A stretch of 64,000 bases of DNA from Chloroflexota bacterium (GTDB lineage: Bacteria > Chloroflexota > UBA11872). A program made the position numbers and the translations under genes. The stretch covers positions 1,295,794 to 1,359,793 of the forward strand of contig OZ244802.1 in the NCBI GenBank assembly GCA_965220135.1, read 5' to 3'. Below the pieces are notes generated by a model. It was not told the DNA's origin. It did no database searches and was given only the letters and a program-made list of their open reading frames with translations. Below, piece after piece: positions 29,503 to 39,102 of this stretch (position 1 is its first letter; each line of letters starts with the position of its first letter).

Positions 29503-30887
29503 TGTCGCCTCAGGTCACCGATCCCACCGTGCGCCACGTCCATATCGTGGGCATCGGCGGCAAAGGAATGAGCGCGATCGGGGCGGCGCTGCTGGATCTA
29601 GGCAAGACCGTGAGCGGCAGCGACCTGAAGCACTCGACCCAATCGGAACGACTGGAGAGCCGCGGCGCCCAGATCGCCTTAGGGCATCGCTCCGAGAACA
29701 TCGGCGACGCCGACATCGTCATTCACTCATCGGCGATACCTGTGGACAATCCTGAGCTCGTGGCCGCTCACGTCCAGGGAACCGCCGTTGGTACGCGAGC
29801 CGAAGCCGTGGCAGCCCTGTTCAACACTCGCCGCGGGATCGCTGTCGCGGGAACACATGGCAAGACCACGACATCAGCGCTGATTGCGACGATCTTGCAA
29901 CGCGCGGGTCTGGCGCCCTCGTTTCTCATTGGCGCCGACGTTCGGTCGCTTGGCGGAGCCAACGGGCGGATAGGAGTAGGGTCGTGGATGGTGCTGGAGG
30001 CGGATGAATTCGACGATGCATTTCTCGCTTATAGGCCCCGGATCACCGCCCTCACGCACCTGGAACCGGACCATCTGGATCACTTCGGCACCGTCGACCA
30101 AATGGTTTCTACGTTCGAGCAGTTTGTCGACCAACTGCCCGCCGCTTCCGCGATTGTCGCCCGCTGCGATGTACCTCTGCTACGGCAGGTGGCTGAGCGG
30201 CATCCGGGGGTAATCACATGGTTTGGTCCAGGCGGCGACTGGCAGATTGAGCACTACTCCCCAGGCGCGCCCGGACCAACCCTCGACGTCCGGGGCCCGA
30301 GAGGGCACTTGATGCTCAGGCTGCCTATCCCCGGTCGCCACAGCGCCCTGAATGCGTTGGCCGCTCTGGCCTCAGCCAGCTTGGCCGGAATCGAAGGGCC
30401 CGAGGCCGCGCGGGCCTTGGAGCGCTACGCCGGCGCCGAACGTCGGCTGGAGTTTCGGGCCAACGTCCAGGGCATCACCGTCATTGAGGATTACGCCCAC
30501 CACCCAACCGCCGTGCGCGCGAGCCTGCAAGCCGTGCGTGAACTTCGGCCGCAGCGAGTGCTCGCGGTATATCAACCGCTCCTGGAGTCTCGGACGCGAG
30601 ACCTGTTTGAGGCCTTTCTCGACGCGTTTGGAGATGCCGATGAGGTGTACCTGGCGGACATCTACTCACCGCCAGGTCGCGAAACGGCCCTCGGCGTCAC
30701 TTCCCGTGACTTGGCCGAGGCATTGCGCCACCCAAACGCCCGAGCGCTTCCCAATCTTGATGAAATTGCCGAACGCGTACTTGAAGAAGCACGTGATGGT
30801 GACATTGTCCTGGTCATGGGCCCGGAGTCCGTGACGCCGCTGGCCGATCACTTAGTGGCGCGCCTCAAACAAGAACCAGTCAGATGA
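29499..30887 (+). CDS. murC: UDP-N-acetylmuramate--L-alanine ligase
   Basis: HIVGIGGKGMSAIG Rossmann start, P-loop GTHGKTTTSA, and the Mur ligase C-terminal domain. ATGA overlap with murG. Confidence 0.9.
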   Translation: MMSPQVTDPTVRHVHIVGIGGKGMSAIGAALLDLGKTVSGSDLKHSTQSERLESRGAQIALGHRSENIGDADIVIHSSAIPVDNPELVAAHVQGTAVGTRAEAVAALFNTRRGIAVAGTHGKTTTSALIATILQRAGLAPSFLIGADVRSLGGANGRIGVGSWMVLEADEFDDAFLAYRPRITALTHLEPDHLDHFGTVDQMVSTFEQFVDQLPAASAIVARCDVPLLRQVAERHPGVITWFGPGGDWQIEHYSPGAPGPTLDVRGPRGHLMLRLPIPGRHSALNALAALASASLAGIEGPEAARALERYAGAERRLEFRANVQGITVIEDYAHHPTAVRASLQAVRELRPQRVLAVYQPLLESRTRDLFEAFLDAFGDADEVYLADIYSPPGRETALGVTSRDLAEALRHPNARALPNLDEIAERVLEEARDGDIVLVMGPESVTPLADHLVARLKQEPVR

Positions 30888-31807
30888 GCGCGGATTCGAG
30901 ATTCCCGTCGGCGCTCCGCGTTCGTGCGCACGAGCCCATGGAACGCCACACGTCCTTTGGCGTGGGTGGACCAGCCGACCTGTGGGTTGAAGTTCGCAGC
31001 CTGACCGCATTGCGTCTAGCCCTGGAGACCGCGAATCGCCTGGGGATTCCTCGAACCGTCATGGGGCACGGCACCAACGCACTCGTAGCCGACGCTGGGA
31101 TAGACGGCCTGGTGATCTACAACCGCTATCAGTGTTTCTCCGCGCACCCGCCCGACAGATTCGTGCGGGTGGCATCGGGCCACAGCATGGCGCGCCTGGC
31201 CGGGCGATGCGCACGCCTGGGTCTTGGGGGCCTGTCGTTTGCGATCGGCGTCCCAGGCACCGTGGGCGGTGCCATCTACGGCAACGCGGGCGCGTTCGGA
31301 TCCGAGGTTGCCGCCGTATTGAGGTCAGCCCGCGTGTGGCGATGTGGTCATGAGGTTGATGTCCCAGCATCGGGATTTGATTTTGGGTATCGGCGAAGCA
31401 ACCTCCACAACGATGAGACTGAACCTGTGGTGCTGGCGGCGAGCTTTCGCGTCCAACCTGCCGACCCCGCCTCGCTTCGACACGAGTTGCTGGCCCTGGC
31501 TCGTCGGCGACGCGCCACCCAGCCCCTCGGACAGAACGCGGGATCGTTCTTCATGAATCCAGACGGCGATTACGCTGGACGGCTGATTGAGGCGGCCGGT
31601 CTCAAGGGCCACGAGCTTGGCGGGGCGTTTGTCTCGCCAGTCCACGCAAACTTCATCTCGGCCAGACCCGGCGGGACGGCTAAGGACGTCTTGGATCTGG
31701 CCATTGTGGTTCGTGAACGTGTGGCCGAGGCTACCGGTGTCCGGCTCACACCGGAAGTACGGCTCCTGGGCCGCTGGAACAGCCACGCGCGGGCGTTGTT
31801 TACGTGA
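30884..31807 (+). CDS. murB: UDP-N-acetylenolpyruvoylglucosamine reductase
   Basis: FAD-binding PCMH region (TSFGVGGPADLWV, GHGTNALV) and a C-terminal GSFFMNP motif. ATGA overlap with murC. Confidence 0.9.
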   Translation: MSADSRFPSALRVRAHEPMERHTSFGVGGPADLWVEVRSLTALRLALETANRLGIPRTVMGHGTNALVADAGIDGLVIYNRYQCFSAHPPDRFVRVASGHSMARLAGRCARLGLGGLSFAIGVPGTVGGAIYGNAGAFGSEVAAVLRSARVWRCGHEVDVPASGFDFGYRRSNLHNDETEPVVLAASFRVQPADPASLRHELLALARRRRATQPLGQNAGSFFMNPDGDYAGRLIEAAGLKGHELGGAFVSPVHANFISARPGGTAKDVLDLAIVVRERVAEATGVRLTPEVRLLGRWNSHARALFT

Positions 31808-32574
31808 CCGACCTACGCGGAGGTCTCTTTACAAAGGCGCTGTCACTGGTCATCGCCATGATCTCGTCCGGCGTCCTCATATGGTTTCTCAATTCGCCCG
31901 TGTTCGACGTTAGAAATGTCGCCGTGCACCGGGCGGATTCTTCGCCGCCCCCAGCGGTCGATCCGGCCAGCATCGAGGCCGCCGCTCATCCCCTGATTGG
32001 CGCGAACGTGTTTCGCATCGACAGCAACGCGCTGCGGCAGCAAATTCGGAATCTGCCGGGGGTGGCCGACGCAACGGTTCGAGTAGGCGTTGACGGCCGG
32101 GCTACAGTTACGGTCGCCTACGAGGCGCCAGTGGCGAACTGGGTTGCCAACGGTCAGAGCTTTCTGGTCAATGCGTCCGGCGAGGTCCTGGCGGAGCAGT
32201 TCGAGCCGAAAGTTCCGCTCACTATCGAGGACGACTCGTCGGCACCTCTTGTGCCGGGCGACCTCGTTAGCGCGGGAGTGCTGATAGCCGCGCATCAACT
32301 GCAGAGCAATTTGCCACTCCTCCGAGTCATACCCAGCCGTATTCGCTACTCCGCCGGCCAGCTGACCGTGGTAGATCACGCCGGGCGGGAACTCGATTTT
32401 GGTGATACGTCGCAACTCGACGCAAAGCTCGTCGCCCTGCATGCCGTGCTTGAGCAAGCGAACCGCCTCGGCGAGCGAATTGCTAGCGTGGATCTCCGAC
32501 CAATTGAACGCCCCACCTACCGCACAGTGGACGCGCCGCCGCTCGCCACTGGCCGCAATCCTGGGGCGCCGTAG
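31804..32574 (+). CDS. ftsQ: cell division protein FtsQ (POTRA domain)
   Basis: A single TM (LVIAMISSGVLIWFL) is followed by a POTRA-like start FDVRNVAVH. Its position between murB and ftsA is canonical. GTGA overlap with murB. Confidence 0.8.
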   Translation: MTDLRGGLFTKALSLVIAMISSGVLIWFLNSPVFDVRNVAVHRADSSPPPAVDPASIEAAAHPLIGANVFRIDSNALRQQIRNLPGVADATVRVGVDGRATVTVAYEAPVANWVANGQSFLVNASGEVLAEQFEPKVPLTIEDDSSAPLVPGDLVSAGVLIAAHQLQSNLPLLRVIPSRIRYSAGQLTVVDHAGRELDFGDTSQLDAKLVALHAVLEQANRLGERIASVDLRPIERPTYRTVDAPPLATGRNPGAP

Positions 32575-32629
32575 TCGTGTTATGTAAACTGTCGCTTTTC
32601 GTGCACTCCGTTTGGCCAAGGGTGGGAGC

Positions 32630-33877
32630 ATGAGCCGTAAACGGACCTTCGTGGGACTGGACGTCGGAACGACCAAAACCTGCGCCGTGATTGGACAGGA
32701 GTACCGAGGCGCGCAGTTGCATGTCCTTGGCGTCGGCACCGCGCCTTCGTATGGACTCAAGGGCGGTCAGGTCGTCGACGTTGTTCTAACGGTCAAAGCC
32801 ATTGACGAAGCAATTCACCGCGCCGAGAAGGCCGCGCGAGCGCGGTCGTCGCAAGTCGTCACTGGAATCGCCGGCGGCCACCTCCAATCTCACAGTCAGC
32901 GGGGCGAAGTTCGCTTGCCGTCCGGTGAGCGCGAGGTGCGCGAACGTCATGTCGGGGCGGTCGTCCGCGGAGCGACCATGTTGAGCTTGGCCGAAGACCG
33001 GGAGGTCGTAGCGGTTATTCCCAAGACGTTTGCAACGGACCACCTCACCGACGTACTCGATCCACGTGGACTCACGGCGCGGCGGCTTGCCGTCGAAGCT
33101 CACGTCATCACTGGAGCCACAAACGCCATGGCGAACCTGGAGCACTGCGTAAGCCAGGCGGGTCTGTCAACGCAAGGCCGCGTTCTCCAGCCACTGGCCT
33201 CGGCACGCGCCTGCCTTACGCCGGAGCAGAGGCGCGAGGGTGTGGTGCTAATCGACATTGGCGGTGGAACGACCGATGTTGCCCTCTTTGTTGATGATGC
33301 GTGCTGGCACATTGCCGTGATCCCGATTGGAGGCGCGCTGGTCACGGCTGACATTGCCCGGGGGCTCCGGTTGCCAACCAAAGTCGCCGAAGCAGTAAAG
33401 GTCGAACATGGCAGCGTCGGGTGGCCGGTCGACGAAAACGATGCAACCGTCGCTGTCCCGGGGTTCGACCATGGCGCGCCGGTGGCCATTCGCCGCCGAG
33501 ATCTTGCCGAGGTCATCACGGCGAGAGTGGAAGAGTTGATGCATCTTGTGCGTGACGAAATCACGCGCAGCGGGTATTACGACATTCTCCCGGCGGGAGC
33601 CGTGCTCACCGGCGGCGGTTCCCGCCTCAGTGGCATCAGGGAATTGGCCAGCACGGTCTTGGACATGCCGGTCGCCACGGGTCGACCTCGGGCACTTTGG
33701 GGATTGGGCGATAACCTTCGGGCACCCGAATTCAGCACGGGCGTCGGTCTTCTGCTTTCGGCCGCCGCAGCTGAGGAAGCAGACGGCTGGGTGACTGCCG
33801 CGAGCCTCCAACAGCGGGGTGTCTTGGACAAGCTTGGCGGGTGGATGCGTTCGGTTGTCTCGCCAACTGTCAGGTGA
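32630..33877 (+). CDS. ftsA: cell division protein FtsA
   Basis: Actin-fold phosphate loops VGLDVGTTKTCAVIG and LIDIGGGTTDVALF. ATG 32630 is preceded by GGGTGGGAG; the track ORF starts at TTG 32612. Confidence 0.9.
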   Translation: MSRKRTFVGLDVGTTKTCAVIGQEYRGAQLHVLGVGTAPSYGLKGGQVVDVVLTVKAIDEAIHRAEKAARARSSQVVTGIAGGHLQSHSQRGEVRLPSGEREVRERHVGAVVRGATMLSLAEDREVVAVIPKTFATDHLTDVLDPRGLTARRLAVEAHVITGATNAMANLEHCVSQAGLSTQGRVLQPLASARACLTPEQRREGVVLIDIGGGTTDVALFVDDACWHIAVIPIGGALVTADIARGLRLPTKVAEAVKVEHGSVGWPVDENDATVAVPGFDHGAPVAIRRRDLAEVITARVEELMHLVRDEITRSGYYDILPAGAVLTGGGSRLSGIRELASTVLDMPVATGRPRALWGLGDNLRAPEFSTGVGLLLSAAAAEEADGWVTAASLQQRGVLDKLGGWMRSVVSPTVR

Positions 33878-33981
33878 AAGGCGAATCGCGGTGATTCAGT
33901 ATGGGCATAATGGCGTTACAGTTGTGGCGCTGCACCGAGAGTGGTCTGGCCGTCCAACGTTGGCGCGCCTGGGAAGGGTGA

Positions 33982-35175
33982 GTGGACATGGCCGATAGTG
34001 ATGGCCGCGGTGGAAGTCGAATCACGCGGCTGACGGGCGCCGATGGCGAGCCGCATTCGGCGCCGGCTGGTCGCGTATCAAGACAGCCGGTCGGCGGCGA
34101 CTCGTTAGCGGAGCTCAAAGTCGTTGGCATTGGTGGTGGTGGCAGCAACGCCGTCGACCGCATGATCGACGAGCATGTGCAAGGCGTTGAGTTCATCGCC
34201 GTCAACACTGACGCGCAGGCACTGGTGCGCTCAAGTGCCCCTACACGGATACGCGTCGGCGACAAGGCCACCCGCGGACTTGGCTCAGGTGGCCAACCTT
34301 CCCTGGGCCAGAAAGCCGCCGAAGAGTCTCTGGATGAGATTCGCGAAGCCGTGGAAGGTGCCGACATGGTCTTCATTGCCGCCGGCATGGGCGGCGGTAC
34401 CGGCACCGGTGGTGCGCCGGTTGTCGCCGACGTCGCCCGCGAAACAGGTGCGCTCACGGTCGGCGTTGTGACTCGACCGTTTGATTTCGAAGGCAGCACG
34501 CGCGCTCGTTACGCCGAGGAAGGCATCCGAAACCTGCAGGAGCGCGTCGACACACTTGTGATGATTCCCAACCAGCAGCTCTTGGCGGTCGCCGACCCGA
34601 AGATGTCGGTCACCGAGGCCTTTGCTTTGGCCGACGACGTGCTGCGCCAGGGTATTCAGGGCGTATCCGACCTGATAACTCAACCAGGCTTGATCAATCT
34701 CGACTTCAACGACGTGCGGGCGGTCATGACCGAATCCGGCACAGCCTTGATGGCCATTGGCGAGGCCCAGGGTGAAGACCGAGCGACCGAAGCGATTCAG
34801 CAAGCCCTCAACAGCCCGCTGCTCAATGTTTCCGTGGATGGCGCGCAGGGGGTGCTTCTGAACTTCACCGGCGGCCCAGACATGACGCTTCACGAAGTCA
34901 ACGAAGCCGCAGACATCGTGGCAAGGGCGGCCGAGCCGAATGCCAACATCATCTTCGGGACGGTGATCGACGAAGCCATGGAGGGTCGTCTCCAGGTCAC
35001 GGTCATCGCGACTGGGTTCCAGACCGGTTCGACAGAGGCGCGCCCGACCAGACGCCGCACCTCGCGACTCTCGAGCAGCCCCGTGGTACGCGAGCTTGAC
35101 TTCTCGAGCCGTTCGCGCGAGTCAAGCGAAGTAGAGATTCCAGCCTTCCTTCGACGCCGCTCGGAAGGGCGCTGA
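33982..35175 (+). CDS. ftsZ: cell division GTPase FtsZ
   Basis: GIGGGGSNAV and the tubulin signature GMGGGTGTGGAPVVA, with the C-terminal FtsA-binding peptide IPAFLRR. The start is GTG 33982 or ATG 33988. Confidence 0.95.
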   Translation: MDMADSDGRGGSRITRLTGADGEPHSAPAGRVSRQPVGGDSLAELKVVGIGGGGSNAVDRMIDEHVQGVEFIAVNTDAQALVRSSAPTRIRVGDKATRGLGSGGQPSLGQKAAEESLDEIREAVEGADMVFIAAGMGGGTGTGGAPVVADVARETGALTVGVVTRPFDFEGSTRARYAEEGIRNLQERVDTLVMIPNQQLLAVADPKMSVTEAFALADDVLRQGIQGVSDLITQPGLINLDFNDVRAVMTESGTALMAIGEAQGEDRATEAIQQALNSPLLNVSVDGAQGVLLNFTGGPDMTLHEVNEAADIVARAAEPNANIIFGTVIDEAMEGRLQVTVIATGFQTGSTEARPTRRRTSRLSSSPVVRELDFSSRSRESSEVEIPAFLRRRSEGR

Positions 35176-35193
35176 CCAAAGTCACGCCTGCGC

Positions 35194-35904
35194 ATGAAAT
35201 TGGCCGATGCCGCAGGCGAGGTCGCCGCGAACGCGGCAGCCGTTCGCAGGCAAATCACCGAAGTCTGCCGGGAAGCCGGTCGCTCGCCCAATTCGGTGAC
35301 GTTAGTGGCCGTTTGCAAGACATTCGACGCCACGACAGTGCGTTTAGGCCTCGCCGCGGGGCTAGCGGACTTCGGCGAAAACCGGGTACAGGAAGCGCAG
35401 GCAAAGATCCCTCAGGTCGGCGGCGGGCGCTGGCACCTTGTGGGACGCCTGCAGCGCAATAAGGCCCGCGCGGCAACCCAGCTGTTTTCGCTAATCCACT
35501 CGGTGGATTCGGTGCGCCTGGCCCGGCGCCTCGAAGCTGTGCGGGACGACCGACCGTGCGACGTGCTGATCCAGATCAATCTCACAGGCGCGCAGGCGCA
35601 GGGCGGCATTGAGCCTGCCGAGCTGCTGCACTTGGCGTCCGTCCTCGACCGCGAGACCAATCTCACGCTGCGCGGCCTGATGACCATCGGACCGATGGGC
35701 GCGGACGCGGCAGCCAGCCGCGCCTGCTTTCGCCGGCTGCGCGAACTACGCGATTCCCTGCGAGTCAGTCTGCCCAACCAGCCGATTGCCGAACTCTCCA
35801 TGGGGATGACGGACGACCTCGACGCGGCGCTGATGGAAGGCGCCACAATCGTGCGCGTCGGACGCGCTATCTTTGGCACGCGTTCGCCGACTCCAGGTCC
35901 CTGA
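35194..35904 (+). CDS. yggS: YggS-family pyridoxal-phosphate homeostasis protein
   Basis: VTLVAVCKTF (PLP lysine), HLVGRLQRNK, and the SMGMTDDL motif. Confidence 0.9.
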   Translation: MKLADAAGEVAANAAAVRRQITEVCREAGRSPNSVTLVAVCKTFDATTVRLGLAAGLADFGENRVQEAQAKIPQVGGGRWHLVGRLQRNKARAATQLFSLIHSVDSVRLARRLEAVRDDRPCDVLIQINLTGAQAQGGIEPAELLHLASVLDRETNLTLRGLMTIGPMGADAAASRACFRRLRELRDSLRVSLPNQPIAELSMGMTDDLDAALMEGATIVRVGRAIFGTRSPTPGP

Positions 35905-35910
35905 CAAAAC

Positions 35911-36171
35911 GTGCTCCCGGCACTCGTCCAACTTCTCGACTGGCTGGTGACGATTATCGTCTTTGCCATCATCGGTCGCGCCATTCTCTCGTGGTTCGTC
36001 CGCGACCCGTCCCATCCGATCATGCGACTACTTATCGACGTGACTGAGCCGATTCTCGGTCCGATTCGCCGGGCGCTACCGCAATCTTGGATGATTGACC
36101 TCTCGCCGCTGATCGCAATTCTGGTCATTCAGGTGCTCTGGAGCCTTGTGCGCTCACTCGCCCTCGGGTGA
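35911..36171 (+). CDS. YggT-family membrane protein
   Basis: 86 aa with two TM helices and the typical pattern IIGRAILSWF ... P. Follows yggS, as in many genomes. Confidence 0.8.
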   Translation: MLPALVQLLDWLVTIIVFAIIGRAILSWFVRDPSHPIMRLLIDVTEPILGPIRRALPQSWMIDLSPLIAILVIQVLWSLVRSLALG

Positions 36172-36194
36172 GCATGCGATGACAGAGCCTCCAC

Positions 36195-36479
36195 ATGCCG
36201 ACCACAATTCGACTCCGCGTCCGAGCAACGCCGCGAGCACGATCCACGGTCCTCGCGCGGCGACCTGACGGGTCACTGGCCGCCCGAATCGCCGCGCCGC
36301 CCAGCGATGGCCGTGCGAATCGCACGTTGATTGATCTCCTGGCAAAGTCACTGGACCTGCCGCGGCGCGCTATCAGCATCGAACGCGGCAAGCGCGCTCG
36401 TAACAAGCGAATCGCTGTCACTACCGACAATCCGTCCACCGTGAAAGCGGCCGTGAGTCGCCTACAGGCCACCGGATGA
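36195..36479 (+). CDS. DUF167 (YggU-like) protein
   Basis: 94 aa. LRVRATPRARST ... AAPPSDGRANRTLIDLLAKSL matches the YggU family pattern. Confidence 0.75.
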   Translation: MPTTIRLRVRATPRARSTVLARRPDGSLAARIAAPPSDGRANRTLIDLLAKSLDLPRRAISIERGKRARNKRIAVTTDNPSTVKAAVSRLQATG

Positions 36480-37744
36480 TCCAGCGTCCGAGGGGAACCG
36501 CCGACCGCCTGCCGGACGTGGCGCCCGCGTGGCGTTTGGTGTCCGAGGCTTTTCAGCGCCAGTGCGAACTGCGTGGCTTCTCCCCGATCAGTACGCCAAC
36601 TATTGAGCGAACCGAGCTGTTTACTCGAACCACCGGCGATGCAACAGACCTTGCGCAGAAGGAGATGTACAGCTTCCAGGATCGCGGGGGCGACTCACTC
36701 ACGTTGCGGTCCGAAGGCACGGCCCCCGTCGTCCGCGCGTACGTTCAGAACGGCCTGCACAACCTGCCGCAGCCCGTGAAGCTCTACTACATCACCTCGA
36801 TATTTCGTTACGACCGCCCACAGGCCGGCCGCTATCGGGAACACCACCAGATTGGCGCCGAAGCGCTCGGGGATGCTAGTCCCGCCGTGGACGCCGAGGT
36901 GATTGACCTGCTTTGGTCAACCTATCGCGCTCTGGGGATCTCTGACCTGCGGCTTGAGTTGAATTCGCTCGGAGACCCCGACACCCGACCCGCCTACCGG
37001 CAGGCGCTCGTGGACTACTTCACGCCCCTGGCCGACCATCTGGACTCCGAGAGCCGCGATCGACTCACAATTAACCCGCTGCGTGTCCTCGATTCCAAGA
37101 ACCCGGCGGTCGCCGACCTGGGCGAGCGCGCGCCACGGTCATTGGACTTTATCGGCGAACCCGCACGCACCCACTTCGACGCGCTCCAGGGACTGCTGCA
37201 GGCGCTCGAGATTCCGTTCGCCATCAACCATCGCCTGGTCCGAGGTCTGGACTACTACAACCGCACGGTCTTCGAGTTCGTCCCGCCCGATGCCGGATCG
37301 CAAAGCACCGTCGGAGGTGGTGGGCGCTACGACTACTTGGCCGAACTCATCGGCGCAGATCACGTGCCGGGCGTCGGCTTCGGGAGTGGCATCGAGCGCG
37401 TGCTGCTCAATATGGAGCGCTGCGGCACATCTGCGGTGGATTCCCAGTCCATTGAGGTGTACGTCGCCCCGTTGGCCGACGGCGCGGTCGCCGACGCCAT
37501 GCGCCTGACCCGCCAGCTGCGTCACACGGGAATCACCGTTGAATGCGGCTTCCGTGGCGCCAGTCCGCGCTCGCACCTGCGCCGCGCGAGCCGTTCGCAA
37601 GCACGGGCGGCAGTCCTGATTGGGGCCCGAGAGATGGAACGCGGCGTCGTGTCGTTGAAGCCGCTTGACGGCGCCGCCCAGATCGAGGTTCCGCGCGCTG
37701 ACGCCGTGAACTGCATTCAGGCAGTTCTGACGGACGAATCATGA
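36476..37744 (+). CDS. hisS: histidine--tRNA ligase
   Basis: Class II motifs are intact: LRSEGTAPVVRAY, FRYDRPQAGRYREHHQIGAEALG, GGGRYDYL ... GVGFGSGIERV. A C-terminal anticodon-binding domain is present. ATGA overlaps at both ends. Confidence 0.92.
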   Translation: MIQRPRGTADRLPDVAPAWRLVSEAFQRQCELRGFSPISTPTIERTELFTRTTGDATDLAQKEMYSFQDRGGDSLTLRSEGTAPVVRAYVQNGLHNLPQPVKLYYITSIFRYDRPQAGRYREHHQIGAEALGDASPAVDAEVIDLLWSTYRALGISDLRLELNSLGDPDTRPAYRQALVDYFTPLADHLDSESRDRLTINPLRVLDSKNPAVADLGERAPRSLDFIGEPARTHFDALQGLLQALEIPFAINHRLVRGLDYYNRTVFEFVPPDAGSQSTVGGGGRYDYLAELIGADHVPGVGFGSGIERVLLNMERCGTSAVDSQSIEVYVAPLADGAVADAMRLTRQLRHTGITVECGFRGASPRSHLRRASRSQARAAVLIGAREMERGVVSLKPLDGAAQIEVPRADAVNCIQAVLTDES

Positions 37745-38370
37745 TTGCGGTCGTCGACTACGGCGCGGGCAACATTCATAGCGTGGCGCGAGCGCTCGCC
37801 CGCGTTGGCGCAACGTTCGTCGTGACCAACGATCCCTCTGCCGTGGCCGCGGCTGAGGCCGTGATCCTGCCCGGTGTCGGAGCGGCGGCCGACACCATGC
37901 AAGGGTTGTGCAACGCGCGAGTCGACGAACCGGTCGTGACGGCCATTGCGCGCGGAGTGCCGTACCTGGGTATCTGCATGGGACTCCAAGTCCTGTTCGA
38001 CCGTAGCGAAGAGGACGACGAAACGCCGTGCCTCGGCGTCCTTTCCGGCGATGTTGTGCGCTTTCCACCGGGGCTGGAAGTTCCGCACATGGGCTGGAAC
38101 CAAGTGCGTCAGGTGGAGGAATCCCCCCTGTTTGCCGGGATTCCCCAAGACTCCAACTTCTACTTCGTCCACTCCTATTACGCGCGGCCAGCGGATACAG
38201 CCCGCATCTCCGGCACCACCGACTACGGTTTGGAATTCACGAGCGTGGTACGTCGAGACAACCTCTTCGCAACCCAGTTTCACCCCGAAAAAAGCGGTCT
38301 CGTTGGGCTTCGCCTGTACGCCAACTTCATTCGCCTGGCGGGCCAGACGCCCGCACCGGAGTTCGCCTGA
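37741..38370 (+). CDS. hisH: imidazole glycerol phosphate synthase, glutamine amidotransferase subunit
   Basis: IAVVDYGAGNIHSV, nucleophile elbow LGICMGLQVL, HSYY, QFHPEKS. Confidence 0.92.
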   Translation: MIAVVDYGAGNIHSVARALARVGATFVVTNDPSAVAAAEAVILPGVGAAADTMQGLCNARVDEPVVTAIARGVPYLGICMGLQVLFDRSEEDDETPCLGVLSGDVVRFPPGLEVPHMGWNQVRQVEESPLFAGIPQDSNFYFVHSYYARPADTARISGTTDYGLEFTSVVRRDNLFATQFHPEKSGLVGLRLYANFIRLAGQTPAPEFA

Positions 38371-38373
38371 CAC

Positions 38374-39099
38374 ATGGATATCTACGCGGCAATCGACATT
38401 CGCGGCGGCAAGTGCGTCAACCTGGTTCAGGGTGACTTTGCCCGCGAAACCATGTTCTACGAGGATCCGCGCGAGGCGGCCCGTTTCTTTCTGGACTGCG
38501 GGACGAACTGGCTTCACATCGTCGACCTGGACGCCGCGCGCAGCGCGGCCCGCGTCCACCACACGCTCGTGGCCGAGATTATCGATCTTGCAGGCTCAGT
38601 CCCCGTTCAGGTCGGCGGGGGAATCCGCACGCTCCAGGCAGTTCGCGAGGTGCTTGACGCCGGCGCCGCGCGCGCAGTGATCGGAACCGCAGCCGTGCGC
38701 GACCCCAACCTGGTTCACGCGGCCGCGGCCGCGCATCCTGGACAAGTCGCCGTGGGGGTGGATGCTCGCAACGGACGAGTCGCAATTGAGGCGTGGGTTG
38801 AAGACAGCTCGGTCATGGCAACGGACCTGACGGCAATGGCGACAGATGCCGGCGCGGCGGCTGTCGTGTACACCGACGTCAACCGCGATGGAATGCTCGG
38901 GCAGCCGAATTTTGAAGCGACGGCCGAACTGGTCCAGCGCCACGGCAACCGCGTGGACGTGATCGCTTCCGGCGGCGTTCACAGCCTCGACGACGTGTCA
39001 CGGCTAGCCAACCTGGGAGCTGCCGGCGTGATCATTGGCCGAGCGCTCTACACAGGTGCCGTCACCCTTGCGGACGCACGTCGGGCGGCTCGTGGCTAA
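38374..39099 (+). CDS. hisA: ProFAR isomerase
   Basis: AIDIRGGKCV start, VQVGGGIR, VIASGGV and IGRALY blocks of the HisA barrel. Confidence 0.9.
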   Translation: MDIYAAIDIRGGKCVNLVQGDFARETMFYEDPREAARFFLDCGTNWLHIVDLDAARSAARVHHTLVAEIIDLAGSVPVQVGGGIRTLQAVREVLDAGAARAVIGTAAVRDPNLVHAAAAAHPGQVAVGVDARNGRVAIEAWVEDSSVMATDLTAMATDAGAAAVVYTDVNRDGMLGQPNFEATAELVQRHGNRVDVIASGGVHSLDDVSRLANLGAAGVIIGRALYTGAVTLADARRAARG

Positions 39100-39102
39100 C
39101 CG

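Noticed and set aside
36476-37744. Could the hisS next to hisH/A/F be the regulatory paralogue HisZ instead?
   Set aside because: All three class II catalytic motifs are intact, including FRYDRPQAGRYREHHQ and GGGRYD, and a C-terminal anticodon-binding domain is present. HisZ proteins lack the latter and have degenerate motifs. No hisG is adjacent.
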